This document shows positions 43,101 through 56,900 of a stretch of DNA of 64,000 nt, piece by piece; positions within the stretch are counted from its first letter, which is position 1; each line of letters starts with the position of its first letter. The translations under genes were made by a program, and so were the position numbers. The notes under the pieces were generated by a model. It searched no databases. It saw only the letters and a list, made by a program, of their open reading frames with translations, and had not been told where the DNA came from. The DNA comes from Azolla caroliniana. Lineage: Eukaryota; Plantae; Polypodiophyta. Location of the stretch: NCBI GenBank assembly GCA_043228905.1, contig JBHGNT010000024.1, positions 62,001 to 126,000 on the forward strand, in the 5' to 3' direction.

Positions 43101-45455
43101 CTATGATATGGAATTAAAAAATCAAGATTTTGAAACTCAGCTCGAGAGACATGACGAAAATAGCAAACTTGAGGAAGGAGTTGAGAAGAGCTAGTAGGTC
43201 AATTAAAATGTTCATACCTGGCTCGTGTCATATCCGATTTTTGTGTTCAAACATGGGAATCGAAGCTAACAACGCTAGCTATGATATGGAATTAAAAAAT
43301 CAACATTTTGAAACTCATGTCGAGAGATGTGACGAAATTACCAAATTTGAGGAGTGATTTGAGAGGAGCCCTTGAGTAAATTAAAATGTTCATATCGGGC
43401 TCGTGTGATATCGGATTTTTGTGTTCAAACATGCGAATCGAAGCTAACAACGCTACCTATGATATGGAATTAAAAAATCAAGATTTTGAAACTCAGGTCG
43501 AGAGACATGACGAAAATAGCAAACTTGAGGAGGGAGTTGAGAAGAGCCCTTGAGTAAATTAAAATGTTCATACCTGGCTCGTGTGATATCGGATTTTTGT
43601 GTTCAAACATGCGAATCGAAGCTAACAACGCTACCTATGATATGGAATTAAAAAATCAGGATTTTGAAACTCAGGTCGAGAGACATGACGAAAATAGCAA
43701 ACTTGAGGAGGGAGTTGAGAGGAGCCCTTGAGTAAATTAAAATGTTCATACCTGGCTCGTGTGATATGGATTTTTGTGTTCAAACATGCAAATCGAAGCT
43801 AACAACGCTAGCTATGATATGGAATTAAAAAATCAAGATTTTGAAACTCAGGTCGAGAGACATGACGAAAATAGCAAACTTGAGGAGGGAGTTGAGAGGA
43901 GCCCTTGAGTTAATTAAAATGTTCATACCTGGCTCGTGTGGTATCGGATTTTTGTGTTCAAACATGCGAATCGAAGCTAACAATGCTAGCTATGATATGG
44001 AATTAAAAAATCAAGATTCTAAAACTCAAGTCCAGAGACATGACGAAAATAGCAAACTTGAGGAGGGAGTTGAGAGGAGCCCTTGAGTAAATTAAAATGT
44101 TCATACCTGGCTCGTGTGATATGGATTTTTGTGTTCAAACATGCGAATCGAAGCTAACAACGCTACCTATGATATGGAATTAAAAAACCAAGATTTTGAA
44201 ACTCAGGTCAGGAGACATGAAGAAAATAGCAAACTTGAGGAGGGAGTTGAGAGGAGCCCTTGAGTAAATTAAAATGTTCATACCTGGCTCGTGTGATATC
44301 GGATTTTTGTGTTCAAACATGCAAATCGAAGCTAACAACGCTACCTATGATATGGAATTAAAAAATCAAGATTTTGAAACTCAGCTCGAGAGACATGACG
44401 AAAATAGCAAACTTGAGGAAGGAGTTGAGAAGAGCTAGTAGGTCAATTAAAATGTTCATACCTGGCTCGTGTCATATCCGATTTTTGTGTTCAAACATGG
44501 GAATCGAAGCTAACAATGCTAGCTATGATATGGAATTAAAAAATCAACATTTTGAAACTCATGTCGAGAGATGTGACGAAATTACCAAATTTGAGGAGTG
44601 ATTTGAGAGGAGCCCTTGAGTAAATTAAAATGTTCATATCGGGCTCGTGTGATATCGGATTTTTGTGTTCAAACATGCGAATCGAAGCTAACAACGCTAC
44701 CTATGATATGGAATTAAAAAATCAAGATTTTGAAACTCAGGTCGAGAGACATGACGAAAATAGCAAACTTGAGGAGGGAGTTGAGAAGAGCCCTTGAGTA
44801 AATTAAAATGTTCATACCTGGCTCGTGTGATATCGGATTTTTGTGTTCAAACATGCGAATCGAAGCTAACAACGCTACCTATGATATGGAATTAAAAAAT
44901 CAGGATTTTGAAACTCAGGTCGAGAGACATGACGAAAATAGCAAACTTGAGGAGGGAGTTGAGAGGAGCCCTTGAGTAAATTAAAATGTTCATACCTGGC
45001 TCGTGTGATATGGATTTTTGTGTTCAAACATGCAAATCGAAGCTAACAACGCTAGCTATGAGATGGAATTAAAAAATCAAGATTTTGAAACTCAGGTCGA
45101 GAGACATGATGAAAATAGCAAACTTGAGGAGGGAGTTGAGAAGAGCCCTTGAGTAAATTAAAATGTTCATACCTGGCTCGTGTGATATCGGATTTTTGTG
45201 TTCAAACATGCGAATCGAAGCTAACAACGCTACCTATGATATGGAATTAAAAAATCAAGAATTTGAAACTCATGTCGAGAGATGTGACGAAATTACCAAA
45301 TTTGAGGAGTGATTTGAGAGGAGCCCTTGAGTAAATTAAAATGTTCATATCGGGCTCGTGTGATATCGGATTATTGTGTTCAAACATGCAAATCGAAGCT
45401 AACAACGCTAGCTATGAGATGGAATTAAAAAATCAAGATTTTGAAACTCAGGTCG
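40179..45455 (+). repeat. Second tract of the same 16-mer higher-order repeat, about 1.85 copies
   Basis: Markers at 40286, 41530, 43130 and 44374 (spacings 1244/1600/1244) and at 40997, 42597 and 43841. Confidence 0.93.
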
Positions 45456-48400
45456 AGAGACATGATGAAAATAGCAAACTTGAGGAGGGAGTTGAGAAGA
45501 GCCCTTGAGTAAATTAAAATGTTCATACCTGGCTCGTGTGATATCGGATTTTTGTGTTCAAACATGCGAATCGAAGCTAACAACGCTACCTATGATATGG
45601 AATTAAAAAATCAAGATTTTGAAACTCAGGTCAGGAGACATGACGAAAATAGCAAACTTGAGGAGGGAGTTGAGAGGAGCCCTTGAGTAAATTAAAATGT
45701 TCATACCTGGCTCGTGTGATATCGGATTTTTGTGTTCAAACATGCAAATCGAAGCTAACAACGCTAGCTATGAGATGGAATTAAAAAATCAAGATTTTGA
45801 AACTCAGGTCGAGAGACATGACGAAATTACCAAATTTGAGGAGTGAGTTGAGAAGAGGTAGTAGGTAAATTAAAATGTTCATACCTGGCTCGTGTGATAT
45901 CGGATTTTTGTGTTCAAACATGCAAATCGAAGCTAACAACGCTACCTATGATATGGAATTAAAAAATCAAGAATTTGAAACTCAGGTCGAGAGACATGAT
46001 GAAAATAGCAAACTTGAGGAGGGAGTGGAGAAGAGCCCTTGAGTAAATTAAAATGTTCATACCTGGCTCGTGTGATATCGGATTTTTGTGTTCAAACATG
46101 CGAATCGAAGCTAACAACGCTACCTATGATATGGAATTAAAAAAACAAGATTTTGAAACTCAGGTCAGGAGACATGAAGAAAATAGCAAACTTGAGGAGG
46201 GAGTTGAGAAGAGCCCTTGAGTAAATTAAAATGTTCATACCTGGCTCGTGTGATATCGGATTTTTGTGTTCAAACATGCAAATCGAAGCTAACAACGCTA
46301 GCTATGAGATGGAATTAAAAAATCAAGATTTTGAAACTCAGGTCGAGAGACATGACAAAAATACCAAATTTGAGGAGTGAGTTGAGAAGAGGTAGTAGGT
46401 AAATTAAAATGTTCATACCTGGCTCGTGTGATATCGGATTTTTGTGTTCAAACATGCAAATCGAAGCTAACAACGCTACCTATGATATGGAATTAAAAAA
46501 TCAAGATTTTGAAACTCAGCTCGAGAGACATGACGAAAATAGCAAACTTGAGGAAGGAGTTGAGAAGAGCTAGTAGGTCAATTAAAATGTTCATACCTGG
46601 CTCGTGTCATATCCGATTTTGTGTTCAAACATGGGAATCGAAGCTAACAACGCTAGCTATGATATGGAATTAAAAAATCAACATTTTGAAACTCATGTCG
46701 AGAGATGTGACGAAATTACCAAATTTGAGGAGTGATTTGAGAGGAGCCCTTGAGTAAATTAAAATGTTCATATCGGGCTCGTGTGATATCGGATTTTTGT
46801 GTTCAAACATGCGAATCGAAGCTAACAACGCTACCTATGATATGGAATTAAAAAATCAAGATTTTGAAACTCAGGTCGAGAGACATGACGAAAATAGCAA
46901 ACTTGAGGAGGGAGTTGAGAAGAGCCCTTGAGTAAATTAAAATGTTCATACCTGGCTCGTGTGATATCGGATTTTTGTGTTCAAACATGCGAATCGAAGC
47001 TAACAACGCTACCTATGATATGGAATTAAAAAATCAGGATTTTGAAACTCAGGTCGAGAGACATGACGAAAATAGCAAACTTGAGGAGGGAGTTGAGAGG
47101 AGCCCTTGAGTAAATTAAAATGTTCATACCTGGCTCGTGTGATATGGATTTTTGTGTTCAAACATGCAAATCGAAGCTAACAACGCTAGCTATGAGATGG
47201 AATTAAAAAATCAAGATTTTGAAACTCAGGTCGAGAGACATGATGAAAATAGCAAACTTGAGGAGGGAGTTGAGAAGAGCCCTTGAGTAAATTAAAATGT
47301 TCATACCTGGCTCGTGTGATATCGGATTTTTGTGTTCAAACATGCGAATCGAAGCTAACAACGCTACCTATGATATGGAATTAAAAAATCAAGAATTTGA
47401 AACTCAGGTCGAGAGACATGACGAAAATAGCAAACCTTAGGAGGGAGTTGAGAGGAGCCCTTGAGTAAATTTAAATGTTCATACCTGGCTCGTGTGGTAT
47501 CGGATTTTTGTGTTCAAACATGCGAATCGAAGCTAACAATGCTACCTATGATATGGAATTAAAAAATCAAGATTTTGAAACTCAAGTCAAGAGACATGAC
47601 GAAATTACCTAAATTGAGGAGTGAGTTGAGAAGAGCTAGTAGGTAAATTTAAATGTTCATACCTGGCTCGTGTGATATCCGATTTTTGTGTTCAAACATG
47701 GGAATCGAAGCTAACAACGCTAGCTATGATATGGAATTAAAAAATCAACATTTTGAAACTCATGTCGAGAGATGTGACGAAATTACCAAATTTGAGGAGT
47801 GATTTGAGAGGAGCCCTTGAGTAAATTAAAATGTTCATATCGGGCTCGTGTGATATCGGATTTTTGTGTTCAAACATGCGCATCGAAGCTAACAACGCTA
47901 CCTATGATATGGAATTAAAAAATCAAGATTTTGAAACTCAGGTCGAGAGACATGACGAAAATAGCAAACTTGAGGAGGGAGTTGAGAGGAGCCCTTGAGT
48001 AAATTAAAATGTTCATACCTAGCTCGTGTGATATCGGATTTTTGTGTTCAAACATGCGAATCGAAGCTAACAACGCTACCTATGATATGGAATTAAAAAA
48101 TCAAGATTTTGAAACTCAGGTCGAGAGACATGACGAAAATAGCAAACTTGAGGAAGGAGTTGAGAGGAGCCCTTGAGTAAATTAAAATGTTCATACCTGG
48201 CTCGTGTGATATCGGATTTTTGTTGTCAAACATGCGAATCGAAGCTAACAACGCTAGCTATGATATGGAATTAAAAAATCAAGAATTTGAAACTCAGGTC
48301 GAGAGACATGACGAAATTACCAAATTTGAGGAGTGATTTGAGAGGAGCCCTTGAGTAAATTAAAATGTTCATATCGGGCTCGTTAGATATCGGATTTTTG

Positions 48401-51400
48401 TGTTCAAACATGCAAATGGAAGCTAACAACGCTACCTATGATATGGAATTAAAAAATCAAGATTTTGAAACTCAGGTCGAGAGACATGATGAAAATAGCA
48501 AACTTGAGGAGGGAGTTGAGAAGAGCCCTTGAGTAAATTAAAATGTTCATACCTGGCTCGTATGATATCGGATTTTTGTGTTCAAACATGCGAATCGAAG
48601 CTAACAACGCTAGCTATGATATGGAATTAAAAAATCAAGATTTTGAAACTCAGGTCGAGAGACATGACGAAAATAGCAAACTTGAGGAGGGAGTTGAGAG
48701 GAGCCCTTGAGTAAATTAAAATGTTCATACCTGGCTCGTGTGATATGGATTTTTGTGTTCAAACATGCGAATCGAAGCTAACAACGCTACCTATGATATG
48801 GAATTAAAAAATCAAGATTTTGAAACTCAGGTCGAGGGACATGACGAAAATAGCAAACTTGAGGAAGGAGTTGAGAGGAGCCCTTGAGTAAATTAAAATA
48901 TTCATACCTGGCTCGTGTGATATCGGATTTTTGTGTTCAAACATGCGAATCGAAGCTGGCGACGCTACCTATGATATGGAATTAAAAAATCAAGATTTTG
49001 AAACTCAGGTCGAGAGACATGACGAAAATAGCAAACCTTAGGAGGGAGTTGAGAGGAGCCCTTGAGTAAATTTAAATGTTCATACCTGGCTCGTGTGGTA
49101 TCGGATTTTTGTGTTCAAACATGCGAATCGAAGCTAACAATGCTAGCTATGATATGGAATTAAAAAATCAAGATTTTGAAACTCAAGTCAAGAGACATGA
49201 CGAAATTACCTAAATTGAGGAGTGAGTTGAGAAGAGCTAGTAGGTAAATTTAAATGTTCATACCTGGCTCGTGTCATATCGGATTTATGTGTTCAAATAT
49301 GCGAATCGAAGCTAACAACGCTAGCTATGAGATGGAATTAAAAAATCAAGATTTTGAAACTCAGGTCGAGAGACATGACGAAAATAGCAAACTTGAGGAG
49401 GGAGTTGAGAAGAGCTAGTAGGTAAATTTAAATGTTCATACCTGGCGACTGTGATATCGGATTTATGTGTTCAAACATGCGAATCGAAGCTAACAACGCT
49501 ACCTATGATATGGAATTAAAAAATCAAGAATTTGAAACTCAGGTCGAGAGATGTGACGAAATTACCAAATTTGAGAAATGATTTGAGAGGAGCCCTTGAG
49601 TAAATTAAAATGTTCATATCGGGCTCGTGTGATATCGGATTTTTGTGTTCAAACATGCAAATCGAAGCTAACAACGCTACATATGATATGGAATTAAAAA
49701 ATCAAGATTTTGAAACTCAGGTCGAGAGACATGACGAAAATAGCAAACTTGAGGAAGGAGTTGAGAGGAGCCCTTGAGTAAATTAAAATGTTCATATCTG
49801 GCTCGTGTGATATCGGATTTTTGTTGTCAAACATGCGAATCGAAGCTAACAACGCTAGCTATGATATGGAATTAAAAAATCGAGAATTTGAAACTCAGGT
49901 CGAGAGACATGACGAAATTACCAAATTTGAGGAGTGATTTGAGAGGAGCCCTTGATTAAATTAAAATGTTCATATCGGGCTCGTGTGATATCGGATTTTT
50001 GTGTTCAAACATGCAAATCGAAGCTAACAACGCTACCTATGATATGGAATTAAAAAATCAAGATTTTGAAACTCAGGTCGAGAGACATGATGAAAATAGC
50101 AAACTTGAGGAGGGAGTTGAGAAGAGCCCTTGAGTAAATTAAAATGTTCATACCTGGCTCGTGTGATATCGGATTTTTGTGTTCAAACATGCGAATCGAA
50201 GCTAACAACGCTAGCTATGATATGGAATTAAAAAATCAAGATTTTGAAACTCAGGTCGAGAGACATGATGAAAATAGCAAACTTGAGGAGGGAGTTGAGA
50301 AGAGCCCTTGAGTAAATTAAAATGTTCATACCTGGCTCGTGTGATATCGGATTTTTGTGTTCAAACATGCAAATCGAAGCTAACAACGCTAGCTATGAGA
50401 TGGAATTAAAAAATCAAGATTTTGAAACTCAGGTCGAGAGATGTGACGAAATTACCAAATTTGAGGAGTGAGTTGAGAAGAGGTAGTAGGTAAATTAAAA
50501 TGTTCATACCTGTCTCGTGTGATATCGGATTTTTGTGTTCAAACATGCAAATTGAAGCTAACAACGCTACCTATGATATGGAATTAAAAAATCAAGATTT
50601 TGAAACTCAGCTCGAGAGACATGACGAAAATAGCAAACTTGAGGAAGGAGTTGAGAAGAGCTAGTAGGTCAATTAAAATGTTCATACCTGGCTCGTGTCA
50701 TATCCGATTTTTGTGTTCAAACATGGGAATCGAAGCTAACAACGCTAGCTATGATATGGAATTAAAAAATCAACATTTTGAAACTCATGTCGAGAGATGT
50801 GACGAAATTACCAAATTTGAGGAGTGATTTGAGAGGAGCCCTTGAGTAAATTAAAATGTTCATATCGGGCTCGTGTGATATCGGATTTTTGTGTTCAAAC
50901 ATGCAAATCGAAGCTAACAACGCTACCTATGATATGGAATTAAAAAATCAAGATTTTGAAACTCAGGTCGAGAGACATGACGAAAATAGCAAACTTGAGG
51001 AGGGAGTTGAGAGGAGCCCTTGAGTAAATTAAAATGTTCATACCTAGCTCGTGTGATATCGGATTTTTGTGTTCAAACATGCGGATCGAAGCTAACAATG
51101 CTACCTATGATATGGAATTAAAAAATCAAGATTTTGAAACTCAGGTCGAGAGACATGACGAAAATAGCAAACTTGAGGAAGGAGTTGAGAGGAGCCCTTG
51201 AGTAAATTAAAATGTTCATACCTGGCTCGTGTGATATCGGATTTTTGTTGTCAAACATGCGAATCGAAGCTAACAACGCTAGCTATGATATGGAATTAAA
51301 AAATCAAGAAATTGAAACTCAGGTCGAGAGACATGACGAAATTACCAAATTTGAGGAGTGATTTGAGAGGAGCCCTTGAGTTAATTAAAATGTTCATATC

Positions 51401-51683
51401 GGGCTCGTGTGATATCGGATTTTTGTGTTCAAACATGCAAATCGAAGCTAACAACGCTACCTATGATATGGAATTAAAAAATCAAGATTTTGAAACTCAG
51501 GTCGAGAGACATGACGAAAATAGCAAACTTGAGGAGGGAGTTGAGAAGAGCCCTTGAGTAAATTAAAATGTTCATACCTGGCTCGTGTGATATCGGATTT
51601 TTGTGTTCAAACATGCGAATCGAAGCTAACAACGCTAGCTATGATATGGAATTAAAAAATCAAGATTTTGAAACTCAGGTCAG

Positions 51684-51757
51684 GAGACATGACGAAAATA
51701 GCAAACTTGAGGAGGGAGTTGAGACATGATGAAAATAGCAAACTTGAGGAGGGAGTT
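51684..51757 (+). repeat. Aberrant monomer with a 37-bp internal tandem duplication
   Basis: GAGACATGA(C/T)GAAAATAGCAAACTTGAGGAGGGAGTT occurs twice, at 51684-51720 and 51721-51757. Confidence 0.92.
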
Positions 51758-53994
51758 GAGAGGAGCCCTTGAGTAAATTAAAATGTTCATACCTGGCTCG
51801 TGTCATATCGTATTTTTGTGTTCAAACATGCGAATCGAAGCTAACGACGCTAGCTATGAGATGGAATTAAAAAATCAAGATTTTGAAACTCAGGTCGAGA
51901 GACATGACGAAATTACCAAATTTGAGGAGTGAGTTGAGAAGAGGTAGTAGGTAAATTAAAATGTTCATACCTGGCTCGTGTGATATCGGATTTTTGTGTT
52001 CAAACATGCAAATCGAAGCTAACAACGCTACCTATGATATGGAATTAAAAAATCAACATTTTTAAACTCATGTCGAGAGATGTGACGAAATTACCAAATT
52101 TGAGGAGTGATTTGAGAGGAGCCCTTGAGTAAATTAAAATGTTCATATCGGGCTCGTGTGATATCGGATTTTTGTGTTCAAACATGCGCATCGAAGCTAA
52201 CAACGCTGCCTATGATATGGAATTAAAAAATCAAGATTTTGAAACTCGAGAGACATGATGAAATTAGCAAACTTGAGGAGGGAGTTGAGAAGAGCCCTTG
52301 AGTAAATTAAAATGTTCATACCTGGCTCGTGTGATATCGGATTTTTGTGTTCAAACATGCGAATCGAAGCTAACAACGCTACCTATGATATGGAATTAAA
52401 AAATCAAGAATTTGAAACTCAGGTCGAGAGATGTGACGAAATTACCAAATTTGAGAAATGATTTGAGAGGAGCCCTTGAGTAAATTAAAATGTTCATATC
52501 GGGCTCGTGTGATATCGGATTTTTGTGTTCAAACATGCAAATCGAAGCTAACAATGCGACCTATGATATGGAATTAAAAAATCAAGAATTTGAAACTCAG
52601 GTCGAGAGATGTGACGAAATTACCAAATTTGAGGAGGGAGTTGAGAGGAGCCCTTGAGTAAATTAAAATGTTCATACCTGGCTCGTGTGATATCGGATTA
52701 TTGTGTTTAAACATGCAAATCGAAGCTAACAACGCTACCTATGATATGGAATTAAAAAATCAAGAATTTGAGACTCAGGTCGAGAGACATGACGAAAATA
52801 GCAAACTTGAGGAGGGAGTTGAGAGGAGCCCTTGAGTAAAGTAAAATGTTCATACCTGGCTCGTGTGATATCGGATTTTTGTGTTCAAACATGCGAATCG
52901 AAGCTGGCGACGCTACCTATGATATGGAATTAAAAAATCAAGATTTTGAAACTCAGGTCGAGAGACATGACGAAAATAGCAAACTTGAGGAGGGAGTTGA
53001 GAGGAGCCCTTGAGTTAATTAAAATGTTCATACCTGGCTCGTGTGGTACCGGATTTTTGTGTTCAAACATGCGAATCGAAGCTAACAATGCTAGCTATGA
53101 TATGGAATTAAAAAATCAAGATTCTAAAACTCAAGTCCAGAGACATGACGAAAATAGCAAACTTGAGGAGGGAGTTGAGAGGAGCCCTTGAGTAAATTAA
53201 AATGTTCATACCTGGCTCGTGTGATATGGATTTTTGTGTTCAAACATGCGAATCGAAGCTAACAACGCTAGCTATGATATGGAATTAAAAAATCAAGAAT
53301 TTGAAACTCAGGTCGAGAGACATGACGAAATTACCAAATTTGAGGAGTGATTTGAGAGGAGCCCTTGAATAAATTAAAATGTTCATATCGGGCTCGTGTG
53401 ATATCGGATTTTTGTGTTCAAACATGCAAATCGAAGCTAACAACGCTACCTATGATATGGAATTAAAAAATCAAGATTTTGAAACTCAGGTCGAGAGACA
53501 TGATGAAAATAGCAAACTTGAGGAGGGAGTTGAGAAGAGCCCTTGAGTAAATTAAAATGTTCATACCTGGCTCGTGTGATATCGGATTTTTGTGTTCAAA
53601 CATGCGAATCGAAGCTAACAACGCTAGCTATGATATGGAATTAAAAATCAAGAATTTGAAACTCAGGTCGAGAGACATGATGAAAATAGCAAACTTGAGG
53701 AGGGAGTTGAGAGGAGCCCTTGAGTAAAGTAAAATGTTCATACCTGGCTCGTGTGATATCGGATTTTTGTGTTCAAACATGTGAATCGAAGCTGGCGACG
53801 CTACCTATGATATGGAATTAAAAAATCAAGATTTTGAAACTCAGGTCGAGAGACATGACGAAAATAGCAATCTTGAGGAGGGAGTTGAGAGGAGCCCTTG
53901 AGTTAATTAAAATGTTCATACCTGGCTCGTGTGGTATCGGATTTTTGTGTTCAAACATGCGAATCGAAGCTAACAATGCTAGCTATGATATGGA

Positions 53995-56900
53995 ATTAAA
54001 AAATCAAGAATTTGAAACTCAGGTCGAGAGATGTGACGAAATTACCAAATTTGAGAAATGATTTGAGAGGAGCCCTTGAGTAAATTAAAATGTTCATATC
54101 GGGCTCGTGTGATATCGGATTTTTGTGTTCAAACATGCAAATCGAAGCTAACAATGCTACCTATGATATGGAATTAAAAAATCAAGAATTTGAAACTCAG
54201 GTCGAGAGATGTGACGAAATTACCAAATTTGAGGAGTGAGTTGAGAAGAGCTAGTAGGTAAATTAAAATGTTCATATCGGGCTCGTGTGATATCGGATTA
54301 TTGTGTTCAAACATGCAAATCGAAGCTAACAACGCTACCTATGATATGGAATTAAAAAATCAAGAATTTGAAACTCAGGTCGAGAGACATGACGAAAATA
54401 GCAAACTTGAGGAGGGAGTTGAGAGGAGCCCTTGAGTAAAGTAAAATGTTCATACCTGGCTCGTGTGATATCGGATTTTTGTGTTCAAACATGTGAATCG
54501 AAGCTGGCGACGCTACCTATGATATGGAATTAAAAAATCAAGATTTTGAAACTCAGGTCGAGAGACATGACGAAAATAGCAAACTTGAGGAGGGAGTTGA
54601 GAGGAGCCCTTGAGTTAATTAAAATGTTCATACCTGGCTCGTGTGGTATCGGATTTTTGTGTTCAAACATGCGAATCGAAGCTAACAATGCTAGCTATGA
54701 TATGGAATTAAAAAATCAAGATTTTGAAACTCAGGTCCAGAGACATGACGAAAATAGCAAACTTGAGGAGGGAGTTGAGAGGAGCCCTTGAGTAAATTAA
54801 AATGTTCATACCTGGCTCGTGTGATATGGATTTTTGTGTTCAAACATGCGAATCGAAGCTAACAACGCTAGCTATGATATGGAATTAAAAAATCAAGAAT
54901 TTGAAACTCAGGTCGAGAGACATGACGAAATTACCAAATTTGAGGAGTGATTTGAGAGGAGCCCTTGAGTAAATTAAAATGTTCATATCGGGCTCGTGTG
55001 ATATCGGATTTTTGTGTTCAAACATGCAAATCGAAGCTAACAACGCTACCTATGATATGGAATTAAAAAATCAAGATTTTGAAACTCAGGTCGAGAGACA
55101 TGACGAAAATAGCAAACTTGAGGAGGGAGTTGAGAGGAGCCCTTGAGTTAATTAAAATGTTCATACCTGGCTCGTGTGGTACCGGATTTTTGTGTTCAAA
55201 CATGCGAATCGAAGCTAACAATGCTAGCTATGATATGGAATTAAAAAATCAAGATTCTAAAACTCAAGTCCAGAGACATGACGAAAATAGCAAACTTGAG
55301 GAGGGAGTTGAGAGGAGCCCTTGAGTAAATTAAAATGTTCATACCTGGCTCGTGTGATATGGATTTTTGTGTTCAAACATGCAAATCGAAGCTAACAACG
55401 CTAGCTATGAGATGGAATTAAAAAATCAAGATTTTGAAACTCAGGTCGAGAGACATGATGAAAATAGCAAACTTGAGGAGGGAGTTGAGAAGAGCCCTTG
55501 AGTAAATTAAAATGTTCATACCTGGCTCGTGTGATATCGGATTTTTGTGTTCAAACATGCGAATCGAAGCTAACAACGCTACCTATGATATGGAATTAAA
55601 AAATCAAGATTTTGAAACTCAGGTCAGGAGACATGACGAAAATAGCAAACTTGAGGAGGGAGTTGAGAGGAGCCCTTGAGTAAATTAAAATGTTCATACC
55701 TGGCTCGTGTGATATCGGATTTTTGTGTTCAAACATGCAAATCGAAGCTAACAACGCTAGCTATGAGATGGAATTAAAAAATCAAGAATTTGAAACTCAG
55801 GTCGAGAGATGTGACGAAATTACCAAATTTGAGAAATGATTTGAGAGGAGCCCTTGAGTAAATTAAAATGTTCATATCGGGCTCGTGTGATATCGGATTT
55901 TTGTGTTCAAACATGCAAATCGAAGCTAACAATGCTACCTATGATATGGAATTAAAAAATCAAGAATTTGAAACTCAGGTCGAGAGATGTGACGAAATTA
56001 CCAAATTTGAGGAGTGAGTTGAGAAGAGCTAGTAGGTAAATTAAAATGTTCATATCGGGCTCGTGTGATATCGGATTATTGTGTTCAAACATGCAAATCG
56101 AAGCTAACAACGCTACCTATGATATGGAATTAAAAAATCAAGAATTTGAAACTCAGGTCGAGAGACATGACGAAAATAGCAAACTTGAGGAGGGAGTTGA
56201 GAGGAGCCCTTGAGTAAAGTAAAATGTTCATACCTGGCTCGTGTGATATCGGATTTTTGTGTTCAAACATGTGAATCGAAGCTGGCGACGCTACCTATGA
56301 TATGGAATTAAAAAATCAAGATTTTGAAACTCAGGTCGAGAGACATGACGAAAATAGCAAACTTGAGGAGGGAGTTGAGAGGAGCCCTTGAGTTAATTAA
56401 AATGTTCATACCTGGCTCGTGTGGTATCGGATTTTTGTGTTCAAACATGCGAATCGAAGCTAACAATGCTAGCTATGATATGGAATTAAAAAATCAAGAT
56501 TTTGAAACTCAGGTCCAGAGACATGACGAAAATAGCAAACTTGAGGAGGGAGTTGAGAGGAGCCCTTGAGTAAATTAAAATGTTCATACCTGGCTCGTGT
56601 GATATGGATTTTTGTGTTCAAACATGCGAATCGAAGCTAACAACGCTAGCTATGATATGGAATTAAAAAATCAAGAATTTGAAACTCAGGTCGAGAGACA
56701 TGACGAAATTACCAAATTTGAGGAGTGATTTGAGAGGAGCCCTTGAGTAAATTAAAATGTTCATATCGGGCTCGTGTGATATCGGATTTTTGTGTTCAAA
56801 CATGCAAATCGAAGCTAACAACGCTACCTATGATATGGAATTAAAAAATCAAGATTTTGAAACTCAGGTCGAGAGACATGACGAAAATAGCAAACTTGAG

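Larger units (their letters stand above)
28170..49682 (+). repeat. Tandem duplication of a 10.5-11 kb super-unit (about 28170-39190 and 39195-49682)
   Basis: The offset is 11,024 at the left end (29262/40286) and 10,492 at the right end (CGTTAGATATC, TTAG at 37891/48383; CCTGGCGACTG at 38949/49441). The two reconcile exactly: 10,492 + 2,844 - 2,312 = 11,024. Confidence 0.8.

Noticed and set aside
46611-46625. Single-T loss in a T run (and a single-A loss near 53645)
   Set aside because: Singleton homopolymer indels cannot be told apart from sequencing or consensus error.
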